From assembly GCA_964016885.1 (NCBI GenBank), contig OZ024747.1, positions 74,710,001 to 74,774,000 of the forward strand: a stretch of DNA of 64,000 bases, given 5' to 3'. This stretch comes from Eledone cirrhosa (taxonomy: Eukaryota). Under the pieces are notes generated by a model that saw nothing but the letters and a program-made list of their open reading frames with translations, had not been told where the DNA came from and made no database searches. Below, in pieces: positions 40,146 to 54,423 of the stretch (position 1 is the stretch's first letter; every line of letters begins with the position of its first letter). The position numbers and the translations under genes were made by a program.

Positions 40146-41614
40146 GGGGGTGATTCCTTTCAAGAAAACATAAAAATAATACAATAGAATTAACAATTCT
40201 TACAAAAGTGATATTGCAGTATCATGATGTTAATATTTATTACCAATATTGACTGATTACTTCAATGTTTCACTGAAACTGTTGGCTTCTCAAAACGGTT
40301 TATCACCAGTAGTTTTGGCAAAATTCCAAACTACATAGTCACTATAAATAATAAATATTATTTTGGATCTACAAACTCTATTTGAGTTCTTCATTCAATT
40401 AATGTTTAATGTATTTACTACACAACCTATACACAAAAAACAATATTATTATGTTAACAAACTTATATGTTGACAACTAAATTGCAACTCATACAGAAAT
40501 GGATTTTAGTTGGTTTTATATCTAAGAATACGAAAATTAATTTGTACAACTTTTGTAATAAAAGCAAAATAAAATTTAAAAAAATCTCTTTAAATATTAC
40601 AATTATTTGTGGAAGCAATTGTACTCGTTAACAATATTGAGAAAAATAATGACTTAGAAAAATACTTTATAAATCATAATCTTTGGAAAGAGGCAGCTGC
40701 AATTTCAGAATCTCCAAAATCTTCAAATAAAGAGAGAATGTATGTTTTCAAAACTATGTACTCTATCCACTTCAAAGCTTAATTTATAAAAGATATTAAA
40801 TACTTGACTGGAATCTTCATATTAGCTATAACTGAAAACCTACTTAATGTCTGACAGAGAATCATATAATATAATGGTACTAGACTAAAATGTAATAGTA
40901 ATATATCCTACCTGAAAAGCCAGCTTAGTTTCAGGAGAATCATATAATTTAATGGTACTAAACATAGTGTAATGGTACCATAACCATATATTGAAAGTAT
41001 TTCAATTACATTGTTTTGTGATGGATAAACAGCTCAAAAACTACTCAAACTCCAGGATCCACCCACACAAGACTGTTAAAGCATGGGGGGGGGGTCTTGC
41101 AGTATTGTATTTATTTTGGCTTTTTTGCATTCAGAGTTCAAATATTACCATAGTCAACTTTGCTTTTCCTTCTTCCGGGATCAATAAATAAAGTATATGA
41201 GGGACTCGTGGATTTGTTAGCATTAGACGTTTGTTCCAGCTCTTTGTATTCTGAATTTAAATCCTTGGGTGCCTTTAGCAGAGTTAACTCTCTTGCAAGC
41301 ATTTGAATCAGATCTCCGGTTTGAAGATACCTTCCTCCTCCCTTTTCCAACAGTTTTCGAGACCCTGCAAAGAGCCACATGCCATGCTCTTCCTCCTCAA
41401 TAACCAAAAACAAATATCCAGTATTTAAAAAATTGAAAACAGAATAACCTCTATAATTTTTAATGATGTATATTGAAAATACAAAATCAATTAATAAGAT
41501 AGTAATCAATAATTCTTTATTATATATTATATATATATTAATTTTATGACATCCTTTCGAATGTGTTATTGGACTATTCTGAATGTGGCTAGCTAACTTT
41601 ATATCTCACCCCTG

Positions 41615-41867
41615 TTTAACATTTTCATTACCATATTTTTAATGAAAGACACTGCCTTATCACTTTCAATTAATTATAATGAACAGTTTAGAGAAATTTA
41701 GTAGTATAACTTTGTTTTTATGTTATTGGCTGATGTTTGAAACAGGTTTTTATATAAATTATGATGGACGCTTTTTAGATGAATTTAAACACTTTAAAAT
41801 GAATAGCTTTGTATTATAGAGTAGAACCAGGGGGCAGTTTCAAGCTTTTTGGTATCAAAAGAGTTAA
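41615..41867. mobile_element. piggyBac-type MITE copy (opposite orientation)
   Basis: TTAACATTTTCATTACC ... GGTATCAAAAGAGTTAA. Confidence 0.65.
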
Positions 41868-43389
41868 AGATTAAAGCAAAGGTTGAAAATGTGATACAAC
41901 CAATTTCTACTTCAAAGGTTTATTCAGTTTGACCTTGTGGTTATATTTTCCAGGGGGGGGGGGGGGGGGGGTTTCATCAAATTGAGTGGAGTAAGTCATG
42001 TTAAACTAGCAGTAAATAATAGTTCTCTTTTATATTTTCTCCTTCATATATGTGGATGTGTGTTTGTGAGTGTGTGTGTGTGTGTGTGGTAGGATATGTG
42101 GTATGAGAGAAAGATAAAGAAACGGAAGGAAGGAAGAAAAGAAGAAAAGTGAATTATTGTCGATGATTATGTTAAACAGATAATCAATACCTTTTGGAAT
42201 AATAATTTACTCGAAAAGTCCCAACAGCAACAAACTGAGAGCCCACATATCAAGGAATTATAGATTCCTGATACTGTGGCTACTGCTGCCATTGGCAAAT
42301 AATGGTAAAGCAATTGTGAGGAGATTGTTGCGTTTGTATGAATTCGAGTTAATATTGGTAGTTTAGAGTTAAAGGGACATAACTATATTTCAACTTGGAT
42401 ATTACAAAATTAACCAGCCTCCTATTATCTGTTTTAACTCTTTGGAAATGAATCTTATTTACTTAATATGCAAAATGTATAAAATCTACATGAATAATCA
42501 TAACCACCAGAAAAAAAAACCTTGATAAATGTATATTCTTTCACTCTTTTACCTGTTCCAGTTCACAGGCTGGGATCATGCTGGGGCATTACCAGTATTT
42601 GTAAACAGAATAAATAATAATTTCTGATTTAGGCACAAGGCCAACAATTTCAGGGGAGGGGAAAGCCGATTAAATCAACCTCAGTGTATTATAGAATAAA
42701 TAGTGGTTCTTTGTTATAATTTAAATGTTTCCTTTTTATTTTATTTTTTATTTTTATTTTTTTTGCTGTTTAGTGATAGAGGGAGTTGACATAGTCTATG
42801 ACCATTTCTTATACATTTCAGACTGGTGGATGGAAGGAAGCAATCCTAATTTATCATTTATAATTTTTATTTAATTATGTATTTGTATGTGTGTAAATTA
42901 GCATTTAGATAAATCATATACAAATTAGTTTTTGAATATAAAAAATTATTAAATAATGAGTTTAGTATATTTGTCTGTAGAATTAAGTTGAGGTGGAAAG
43001 TATGACAATATGGATATTTATAGAATATATACTTATAATACACATTTCAATACCCACCCACAAACATCCAGTCACATTTATACTCACACACACATCTATA
43101 TGCACCGATATATATATATGAAAAACAGAAAAATTTATATATAATTTAAAAATGTATAATATAGTTTAATTACATATATTATAGATATTATCATTTGACA
43201 TCAGTTTTACCTGGTAGCAAAATATATATATATATGATGATGATGATATTTAATATATAATATTTAATATAGAAAAGCTATATATATATATATATGACAA
43301 GTAAGTATGTTTTGAAACAGTGAGCAGGTTTGAAATTAGAAAATAGAATAGCTTTCACCGTACTTTTTGACTAAAGAAATTTTTAGTAT

Positions 43390-43465
43390 TGACATACATG
43401 GGAGTCAAACCTACATCTTTGGTTATCCAGACCACTGTGCTACCATTACACCAACACATCACCCG
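43390..43465 (-). pseudogene. tRNA-like remnant (probable SINE head)
   Basis: Minus strand TGGTGTAATGGTAGCAC..GGTTTGACTCC (A and B boxes); no complete cloverleaf. Confidence 0.5.
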
Positions 43466-45145
43466 GGTGGACATATATATAATATATATACACCCCAAAT
43501 ATACAATGATTACCTCTCTTCCTAAACTTCTCTAATGTGTAAGATACCCCTTGACTAGATCTCAAAAATGGCTGACTGAAAATGCTTGTTTTTTTTTCTC
43601 TCATTTTTATTTGTCCCTTCCTCTTCTCACACTTTATCTTTCTATTTTATCTTTTATTTCTAATTCTTCTGGTGAAGGACTTGTGTTCAAAACTCTGACT
43701 TTTTTTCCTGTTATTTCAAGTGTTAAATTAATATATTTCTTTAATGTAATATGTCTTTTCCTTTCTTATTTCTGTTTACTTTTTACACACACACACATAC
43801 ACATATATATATAGCACAAGCATATATGTGTGTGTATTGTGTATGTACATATAAATATATCATTCATATACACATATTGATACATCATATAAATTTATAC
43901 ATATATATATAATCCATATTTTCTATATTTTCCATACTTTTCACATCACCATTATATAAGAGGCTGCAAGAAATTGAAATTATAGCATTAGATCATTATT
44001 ACAACACTTAGACATTCCCACATCTCTCTATAACACAGTATTACAAATATTACACATTCCCACATCTCCCCATAACATAGTATTACAACTGTTACACATT
44101 CCCACATCTTTCTATATAATCATTGTTATATATTTTTATCAAAACAAAAACAAACATCAAAACCAAAACACGATTCTGCTTACTTTATGTTGGTCTACTT
44201 TGCTTCAGATTTTCCTATTATTTCAGGGTTGAATAGTTTTAGTAAAAGAAAGGGTTATCCAACTGTAAAAAGGAAAATTCTTCAACACAATGCAAATGTC
44301 CAAAATGACATAAATCATGCCAACTTTTGTTAGCATGAAATAATGGATTGAAAACAGTATTACCTCTTTGTTGTTTGTGTTTGTGTTTTGTTCTCTTCTC
44401 TTTCACTTTGATGTTAACTTGTTAACATAGGTTATGGGGTTCTCACTATTTTAGGTCATTTGCATGAATTGTTTTTGTTCTTCCAGTCAATATTTTACAG
44501 TTAGACCCCCTTCTTAATAGCAACTGTTCAGCTAATTATTTAACAAACAACTCAAGCCAGCTACATGGCTGCTCAACATGATGAAATAGTAGACAAATCT
44601 CCCTGAAATATGTTATCTTAATGCCAATTATGAGGATAATATCCATTGACTGAAGTTTTCCACTCACCATATTTAAAATGTGAGACTTCATTTGTATATT
44701 TGACATCAACACAATTTTCACCACTACTACATTTTCTAAGAATGTTTAAAAGGGATCAACTGACAATATAGATGTTTTTTATCATACTTGCTTTTCTGGA
44801 TTCAGACAAACCCAAAGGGAGTTTTTGTCTTGAAATTACAAGGATAATATGAAGCAGTTGAGATTCTTCGTGTATATATGGATTTCATTCAGAACGTTCT
44901 CTTTAGGTATTTTCCCTTCTATCTGTTACATATAAAAACCATCACAATTCTATGATGACAAACCTCTTATTTTAAAGTATATATAATCAAATCTAAAATG
45001 TTATGGAAGAATATTTTTAAACTATTTCAACATAATAATGGTCAGCTATTTCACTAAAGTCTTACAAAATGTTGAGTATTTACAAAATTAATTGAAAAAC
45101 ATAAATAGCAACAACCAAGAATATTTTTCATTTTCTGTCTCATCA

Positions 45146-45215
<70 letters not shown>

Positions 45216-47157
45216 CATCCTATCTTTTCTTTTCCTCAAGTTTTTCTGCCTTCATTTTAAGATCAACTGTTGAAGTACATTTTATATTCTGGAAATATGA
45301 CAATGCATCATCATCATCATCATCATCATCATTTTTTCCTGTAATGGAAGAAACATATAGGAACCCACCGTTGTAAGATTAAAATGTTACAGAACCCCCA
45401 AAAGATATTGCTAAGCTCCACTTACTAATTAAACTTGCACATCTTCAACCACAAACAAACAAACTGAGAGAAAATCTGTGGTCAACTCTGATATACATAA
45501 CACGCACACACGAGTGAGTATATAAAGATAATGATAGCTTTGGCTTTATTATATAGAACTACATAATATGACAGTTGTAGCTTGATAACGTCTGTCTTCT
45601 CCATTAGGTGGCTATTATGGTCTGGTTTCATTAGCAGAGTTTAGGAGAATAGGTGGTCTGTTTATGATTTGACAGTAGAAACTAGCCTTAACAATTATAT
45701 TCAAACTCGTCCTGTAAGCTTGAGTTGTACTATACCTTAGTTTTTTTACTGATCCATTACTACTATATATATATATATATAATAATAATAAAAGGACGAT
45801 TTGTTAAGCATTCATTGCGCTTTATTCAGTAGCGATGAGTGCTTCACTATTGATCAGCTCAAAGTTCGATTTGTACCGATCTGGCCCGACTCTGAAATCA
45901 AAAGCTCATTGGACCTCTGCTGCTCTGCTGTGGTAATGACAGTAACTGCACGTTACACACACACACACTCACACACTCACACATATTATATATATTTATA
46001 TAAGAGAGAGCGAGAGAGTACTGAAGTTAAGAGGATTCACTAAACACTTGAAGGCAGTGCCTCAGTAGGACCACAGTGAAATAACTGAAACCAGTAAAAT
46101 GAGTAAAAGAGGCTCTATTCCATCCTATTACTTTAAGTGGTCAGCAGTAGGAGGGGCATCCAACCAGGTAAAGAACCCACACCAACCCTCTAATCATTCA
46201 GCAAATGTCAAATCTGATTAATTTCTTTGTCGAGAAAAATACATTATTATTTCTAAAGCTGAACTTCATTTCCTGTTATAAAAATACAAATCTCTTCAGC
46301 ATGTTCATAATAACTTCCAACTTCTTATGAAGATATAAGATTCTTGACACAATATAAGCAATTACTTGCCTTATCAAAGATTTCCCAACTAACCAAATAG
46401 TATTTCTTACTCTTTGTTGTATTACCACTTTCAGTGATAGAAATTTTTCTATTTGTCCTCTTTGTCAATGATATATAACTTATCAAGTAGATTTCCAATA
46501 ATCATTTTTGTTCCTTTAGGATTAACTTTTTCACTCTTTCTCTTTAATAGGAAATTTACCTTTTTTTAAGTAATTCTTTTTTTTTTTTCTCATTTTTACT
46601 TGTGTGGCTTCTTATCTCCTCAAGGTTTAGTTTGAGATGGATTCATTTTCAGCTGTTATTTGCTGTAAGTGAAAATAAATATAAAATATCCATAAAGAAA
46701 AATGAAACTATCTATTTGCATCTTTTCATTTGTGATTTTAATATCATATTTTGCTGTTTAATGCTCTATTTTCTACTATATGGTTTCATTTCCTATACTA
46801 CAAATAATAATTTTGATAAATATCATTTTTTTTTCATTTATATATTAGAAAGTGTTAGTTTATTCTCTGTGATGAGTTCAGATTTGGCCATCATAGCTTT
46901 TATCACTTAGTCTGCTATAGTTAATCTGGTAGAAAGCATATGCTACTTGTATCTCATGGTTAAATTGTTGGCATTAGTGAAGTTTTCTCCATTTTAAAAC
47001 TCATTGTATTCACATTCATATTAAATATAATGATAAATATTGAGGAATTTTCTCAATCTAGTAGGTTTTAGTTGTATTCAGCAATAAAAAAAATTTACTT
47101 CATCCGGAAACAATCACAATAAAAAGCTCTCCTTGTCATTCATTTACATATCTACAA

Positions 47158-47307
47158 ATGTAGTGAGGGCTGATCTCAAATTGTTGAGACTCACAGAGGA
47201 GATGAGAAAGGAATGCAATGAGTAGAGAGATGCTATGCTGAACAGGACCAATCCAACCCATGCGAGCATGGAAAAACAGATGCAAAAACAATGATGATGA
47301 TGATGAT
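47158..47307 (+). mobile_element. Degenerate RTE 3' fragment
   Basis: Homologous to 23141-23293; CCCATGCGAGCATGGAAAA..(GAT)n. Confidence 0.7.
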
Positions 47308-49003
47308 ACATTAGATATGTTCTTGTAGTTATTTTACATATAATCCCATGGCTGTTTTACATATAACTCAACAGTCTCTTCTTTTCCAATATGAAAATAT
47401 AAAATTCATGCTAGCATACATAGAAAGGAAATATGAGAGTATTTTAGACAGTATCATTACTAATCTTAAACCATTTCTACCACCCTGGGGAATAATGATG
47501 TATGTGTGTCTAAGAAAAAAAATATAAATCATGTTCTTCTAAAAGAAGTACTTGATACTTTCATTACATACTTTTCTTTGGCAGGTTTCATGTCAGTGTC
47601 AACTTGGCATTTCATCCTTCTGGAAACCATAAGGTAGCTACATTATGGTTTAAAAATCAGATAATCAACTAAAAGATTCCTGACATTCCTGCAGTCATTC
47701 TCCTTTCACTTGGTATTAACCCTTTTAATACCAGTCTGCCTAAAACTACCCTTGATTCTATGATCTAAACTGTTTTGGTGTTATTTGAACTCATAATGTA
47801 AAGGGTCATAGCTAAATAACAAAAAGCATTTTGTCTGACTCGCCAGTCATTTTACCTAGCCAACAGCATAAATAATAATAATTTCTGACAAAGGCATGAA
47901 GGTACAATTTTAGGGTATATTGTAATCAGTTGATATTACTGGTGTCTTTAGACAAGATGCCAGTCTGTTACAAAGTCAACCCAGTTGCTGCCAGTACTTC
48001 CTTTCAACTGAATAAACTGTATCAAGTTGAAATTAAATGCCTTGCTGAAGGATCAATGCACCACCTTATTTGGAGGTTGGGGGTGGGGTTAACTTATGAC
48101 TTTACAGTCATTGAGAAACAAACACTCTATGGTAAAATTAGATTAAAAAAATGAAATATATTCACTTTTGTTATGTATGTGTATAGATGTTATTTTTCTC
48201 AAAATTTTATACTTAAATAATCATACATAAAATTTAAATTAGCAGCGAAAACGGATGTTAAATGGTGATGATGATTATATATATATGTAAATAAATGTAG
48301 ACTTTAGTAAAGGCAAAAACTTTTCTTTGAGATTTTTTATGTTTCTATTTACCCACCTCCACTTCCCCACCCTCCAATGAAAAATACTAATTGAGACTTA
48401 ACTATTCATTACTTAGTAGATATAAATAGCTAATATGATAAATACTTAGAATAGTAAGTAAAAATAAATTAAATCACTTTTTCTTTTTTTTTTTGTATTA
48501 CATTATTCATTAGCTTTTTTTCCTACTTTTCTTTTTTTTTTCATTTTTATTATTAGTATTATTATTTTTTTGGTTTATTTCTCCATTCATGTGTATATAT
48601 TCTGCTGCATATATATATATATATATGTAACACAGTGTCGAAAAAGAGAGAGAGGGCGAGGAGAAAGAGTGAGAGAGAGATTAAGCTAATCAATAATTGA
48701 GCACTTACATTTGTTTCTAATTGGGCTGTATATAAGTTGATATTTTAATTGATGTTTGTCTACTGTTTCATAGAAACAACAACAACGACAATGAAAATGA
48801 TAGTGAAATCCTAGTGTCACCATAGTAGTAGTCATAAGTTTCTTGAATAAGTTATTTGTGAAAGAGTTCAGCAGATTAGAGAGGGAGAGGGTAAGAGAAA
48901 AAGAGAAAGAACGAAACAATGTGAAATTGTAACAAAAAATACTCCATTAATTTCATTGTCAGAGTATTGGAATATACTAGTGTTTACATCTATATCTATC
49001 TTT

Positions 49004-49049
<46 letters not shown>

Positions 49050-49119
49050 CACATCTGGATAAACTTAAAAAAGGAAATATCTTATAAAAAGAACTCTAAC
49101 CACACACACATATATGTAA

Positions 49120-49171
<52 letters not shown>

Positions 49172-49939
49172 CACATATTAAATATTAGTTTTAAAAATGA
49201 TGTGGTAAGTGTTTATTTGTCTTTAAATCCTTTTTTTATTATAAAGTAGTATTAGTGGATATTTGTACCATTAATTGATTTTTAAATATCTTGCTAATGA
49301 AAAATCTTAAATGAATATAACATATTTAAAAATACTTTTCTTTTTCATGTATTTTATATAAATTAGTCAAAATACATTACTGCTATTAATTTAGAAATTA
49401 GGAAAACAATGCAATTTAAATTCTTCAAGATAAAAAATATCGACTTTGCACCAACATTAATACACCAACACTAATGCACTACCATTAATGCTTATCCACT
49501 TCAAGGAAATTGCCAAGGAAAACAGTTAGTCTATTGCACCAGAGTATATACCAATGAAGCCTCTTGTATATTGTTTTAATGACCAACACTTTCAATAGAA
49601 GGAACAGGAACAGAAAAACCAATCTAGTTATACTCTATTTACAGCCAACTGGCTGCATTTCCCAATGCAAATAACCCAAATGATAGTCAATCACTATAAA
49701 TAACTGAAAATATTGAATAAAATACTACTAGAGACAGACACCCTATCCTTGTATCTCTCAGATGCCAGGTGAGTGTGTTAATCACTGTGCTAAAGAGCTG
49801 CTAGCCACTAATTCCTTTTTTTTTTAATGATTTTAATCCTGTAGCTACAAGTTCAAACATGCTATGTCCAGTTAATTATCTCATGAATTCTTTAGATACA
49901 TGACATAGTGGAACATATCTATTTTTGTATTTGCAACGC

Positions 49940-50213
49940 AGATTGTATGTATGGTCCTGTAACTCATGTTGGGGATGTAAGGGTATATGGCATTTCTTGG
50001 GCATTTTAAACCTGGTGGAACCCACCCCTCTCCAAGTCTGAACACAGCAGATTTCTTCTAAAGAAGGATAGAGAGTGATAAACATAGAGAAAGAATCAAC
50101 CCCAGAAGGATGAAAGGCAAAGTTGACCTTGGCAGGATTTGAACTCAGAGAGAAGAACGCTAGAATGAATACTGCAAAGCATTGTAACCAACCTTCTAAC
50201 AACTCTGCAATTT
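49940..50213 (-). mobile_element. SINE with long-tail module
   Basis: GGATGAAAGGCAAAGTTGACCTTGGCAGGATTTGAACTCAG plus CAGCAGATTTCTTC tail. Confidence 0.75.
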
Positions 50214-50227
50214 GCTGCCTAACACAC

Positions 50228-50392
50228 AGGTATACACACACTCACATATCACATACTTCAGGCATACACACACACTCACATATCACATACTCACAGGCAT
50301 ACACACACACTCACATATCACATACTTCAGACATACACACACTCACATATCACATACTTCAGGCATACACATACTCACATCACAAACTTCAG
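50228..50392. repeat. ~30-34-bp tandem repeat, ~5 copies
   Basis: CATACACACACTCACATATCACATACTTCAGG-like unit. Confidence 0.85.
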
Positions 50393-52060
50393 ATCTATTT
50401 TTAATCCATAAGTAAACTGATGGATCATAGAGTCTTTTCTTTTTTCAAAAAAGAAAGAGCTAACATAAATACTTGTCTCTTCTAAATATTCTTTCAAGTA
50501 TTTTGTGTTATTTTCATTTTGTGGGCATGACAGGAGACAGGGAAAAGGAAGTTATTGGATGCTATAACTAGTATTTACTTAGGAAAACCTTAATTTTGTA
50601 TGCATCATTGATTTCATTGTTGCTATTGACAACAAACAATGAATACCTGTTTGTTTGTTTGTTTCTCTGCTTCTGTTCAAGCCCTCAACCTTGACAGTCT
50701 GTTGAATAATTTTCTGGGGTAATATTCATTACTTTATTCTTCTCTCAAAGGACGATAATGATAGCTTGAGCGTGAATCAATAAACTGCCCTTTCTTTTTT
50801 CCACTCATAATTTTCTTTCATCTCACCACATGTGAGATCAAAGGATCGAATCATTTGAAATCAGCTGAAATTAAGAGAAGTTGGAATTTTTATTTAGTCA
50901 TGTTTATTTTTTTGTAAAATTCCTTCACTCTTGGCACATGCCACCCCATACATCCCACTCCATCCATATGCTTGGGTCAATGACCAGAAACCTCTTTTGT
51001 GCTAGTACCACAAAAACAATGTACCCAGTATGTCCTGTAAGGTAGTTGGTGATAGGAATGGCAACCTGCTGTAAAACTCATGCCAAACAAAGAGTTGGGA
51101 GGACTCATCAGTTGTGACATAGACATGACAACTTCCTTAGTGTTGGTGACATAACTGCTGTGAGATAATAAGTAATATGGCCACCCCACGAAATGTTGAC
51201 TGGCCGTGCCACTGAAGTTTAGGCTGTGTACCCATCAACCATTGAAAACAATGGCAATAGGTAAGCTCCTTCATGTTAGATTTAATCTCCTCTACATTAG
51301 ATTTCTACCTCATTGACAAAAGAAAGTAAAACTAAGTTTCTGATTGGTTAGAAAAGTTAATGACATGAAATATTTTCAGCACCAGCTTGTATGAGTAGAT
51401 AAATGAGCTAGTATACTAGCTGATTAGTGTGAAAAGAGAAGTAAGCCCAGCTGTTGATGTCAGTTGTGTCTGGGAATATGAAGAATATGAAGAATGACAC
51501 ACCAGTAGAATAGTCTAAAACCTGAAGATGTAGACTCAGCTGCTAGTGAAATGAAACTGTCAAATTATTGATTTAAGGTTCAGGTTATCGGTATACCCAA
51601 GTAACATGGGAGGTGTCAGTTTTATATTAAATATGGGAATGGAGGCCATGGCCTAGTAGTAAATGTGTTGGACTTATGTCGTGAGTTTGATACATTGACA
51701 TCCATTACAACTAGAGCTGTTTCTGTATGTCATGTAACCTAGCAGTTCAATAAATAGTAATCAATAAAATAGATACTAGGATTAACTAAACAAAACCTTC
51801 AAGGTATTGCCCCAGCATGACCTCTGTTAGATGAGTTAAACCAGTGAAAGTAAGAAAGAATATATCACTTGTAATCTCAGGTCTCGAATAAGAGACAGTT
51901 TTTAGATATTTTTTTCATATTTAACTGGTATTTTATTAACATTGGATAATAACAGGTAAGATTGGTCACAAAATGTAAAGATTCAGATCAAATATCACAA
52001 AGCATTTTGTCCAACTCTCTAATGGTTTTACCAGTCCACTACTTTACATTTATTAATCAA

Positions 52061-52221
52061 ATAATTGTTTCTACTTTAGGCACAAGGCCAGCAATTACCC
52101 AGTGCATTACTGGTACTTTATTTTATCCACCCCGTAAGGATGAAAGGCAAAGTCAACCTCGGCGGGATTTGAACTCAGATCATAAAGGGACGTAACTATG
52201 CTGGAAAGCATGGTGTCCAAC
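52061..52221 (-). mobile_element. SINE copy, young subfamily
   Basis: Close reverse-complement match to 53727-53887. Confidence 0.85.
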
Positions 52222-52342
52222 TTCATATCAATAATATTGATTTCAATTATACAATTTTGTATCATTTTATATGAGTATAACTGATTGGTTCTAGTACATA
52301 ATTAATATAATTAATATTGATTTGAAAAGTGGTCTTCAAATA

Positions 52343-53648
52343 CATACCCAGTCCACCCTGTAATGTAGTCATATCAGTGACACAACAAAAAGCACCCAGT
52401 CCACTCTGTAATGTAGTCATATCAGTGACACAACAAAAAGCACCCAGTCCACCCTGTAATGTAGTCATATCAGTGACACAACAAAAAGCACCCAGTCCAC
52501 CCTGTAATGTAGTCATATCTATGACACAACAAAAAGCACCCAGTCTACTCTGTAATGTAGTCATATCAGTGACACAACAAAAAGCACCCAGTTCACCCTG
52601 TAATGTAGTCATATCTGTGATGCAACAAAAAGCACCCAGTCTACCTTGTAATGTAGTCATATCAGTGACACAACAAAAAGCACCCAGTCCACCCTGTAAT
52701 GTAGTCATATCTGTGATGCAACAAAAAGCACCCAGTCTACCTTGTAATGTAGTCATATCAGTGACACAACAAAAAGCACCCAGTCCACCCTGTAATGTAG
52801 TCATATCAGTGACACAACAAAAAGCACCCAGTCCACCCTGTAATGTAGTCATATCTGTGATGCAACAAAAAGCACCCAGTCCACCCTGTAATGTAGTCAT
52901 ATCAGTGACACAACAAAAAGCACCCAGTCCACCCTGTAATGTAGTCATATCAGTAACACAACAAAAAGCACCCAGTCTATTCTGTAATGTAGTTATATCA
53001 GTGACACAACAAAAAGCACCCAGTCCACCCTGTAATGTAGTCATATCAGTAACACAACAAAAAGCACCCAGTCCACCCTGTAATGTAGTCATATCTGTCA
53101 CACAACAAAAAGCACCCAGTCTACTCTGTAATGTAGTCATATCAGTGACACAACAAAAAGCACCCAGTCTACTCTGTAATGTAGTCATATCTGTCACACA
53201 ACAAAAAGCACCCAGTCAACTCTGTAATGTAGTCATATCTGTCACACAACAAAAAGCACCCAGTCCACCCTGTAATGTAGTCATATCAGTGACACAACAA
53301 AAAGCACCCAGTCTACTCTGTAATGTAGTCATATCAGTGACACAACAAAAAGCACCCAGTCTACTCTGTAATGTAGTCATATCAGTAACACAACAAAAAG
53401 CACCCAGTCCACCCTGTGATGTAGTCATATCAGTGACACAACAAAAAGCACCCAGTCTACTCTGTAATGTAGTCATATCAGTGACACAACAAAAAGCACC
53501 CAGTCAACTCTGTAATGTAGTCATATCTGTCACACAACAAAAAGTACCCAGTCTACCCTGTAATATAGTCATATCTGTGACACAACAAAAAGCACCCAAT
53601 CCACTCTGTAATGTAGTCATATCTGTGACACAACAAAAAGCACCCAGT
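52343..53648. repeat. 48-bp minisatellite, ~27 copies
   Basis: Unit GCACCCAGTCCACCCTGTAATGTAGTCATATCAGTGACACAACAAAAA, head-to-tail with no spacers. Confidence 0.97.
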
Positions 53649-53701
53649 GCAACCTATCAGTTGGTTGTGCGTTATCAGGTATTATGTATCATGTCATGGG
53701 C

Positions 53702-53887
53702 GGTGGATTGGCAGTATCGGTAGAGGGTCGGACGCCATGCTTTCCAGCATAGTTACGTCCCTTTACGATCTGAGTTCAAATCCCGCCGAGGTCGACTTTG
53801 CCTTTCATCCTTACGGGGTAGATAAAATAAGTACCAGTAATGCACTGGATAATTGCTGGCCTTGTGCCTAAAGTAGAAACAATTATG
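53702..53887 (+). mobile_element. SINE copy, young subfamily (CpGs retained)
   Basis: GAGTTCAAATCCCGCCGAGGTCGACTTTGCCTTTCATCCTTACGGGG. Confidence 0.85.
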
Positions 53888-54245
53888 TATCATGTCATGC
53901 TGATTATAATCCACCATTCCGTTAAGGAATACTCAACCATTTAAACATTAATTCATGACTTGAAAGTTCAGTTATTAAACTATTAAAAGCTCATCAAAGG
54001 CAATGGAGGTTGGCTCCATCATCATCATCATCATCATTGCTATTTCATTGACTCGAGTAAAATAGAAATAAGATCAACTGTAGCTTCATTTGAAATTGTG
54101 ACCAAGTCAAATATTTTAGTTTATAGTTGTACTGTCATAATAAACCCTACTGGTCATTCTGTACTGACACCTACTGACACCTACTGTTCATTGTCTGACA
54201 CATACTGGAAATAGCAGAGAGTATAATCTTTCATGTATGTGTAGT

Positions 54246-54423
54246 AATTCTAATGTGTGTGTGTATTAATTCTGTGTGTGTGTGTGTGCGTGTGTTAATT
54301 CTAATGTGTGTGTGTGTATTAATTCTAATGTGTGTGTGTGTGTGTGTGTGTTAATTCTAATGTGTGTGTGTGTATTCTAATATGTGTGTTTTCTAATGTG
54401 TGTGTGTATTAATTCTAATGTGT
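54246..54423. repeat. Compound repeat ATTAATTCTAAT(GT)n
   Basis: ~7 units with variable GT length. Confidence 0.85.

Noticed and set aside
44663-44930. Possible minus-strand exon (acceptor near 44925, GTGAGT donor near 44668)
   Set aside because: Stops in all frames examined; no recognisable product
46210-46560. Very degenerate PLE GIY-YIG-like coding on the minus strand (WEIFDKAS..)
   Set aside because: Needs several frameshifts; too weak to call by eye (similar doubt for ~15130-15470 and ~21330-21700)
52329-53723. 464-aa and 311-aa repetitive ORFs; CRISPR-like appearance
   Set aside because: A 48-bp unit without stops gives open frames automatically; there are no unique spacers or cas genes, and the unit derives from an RTE UTR
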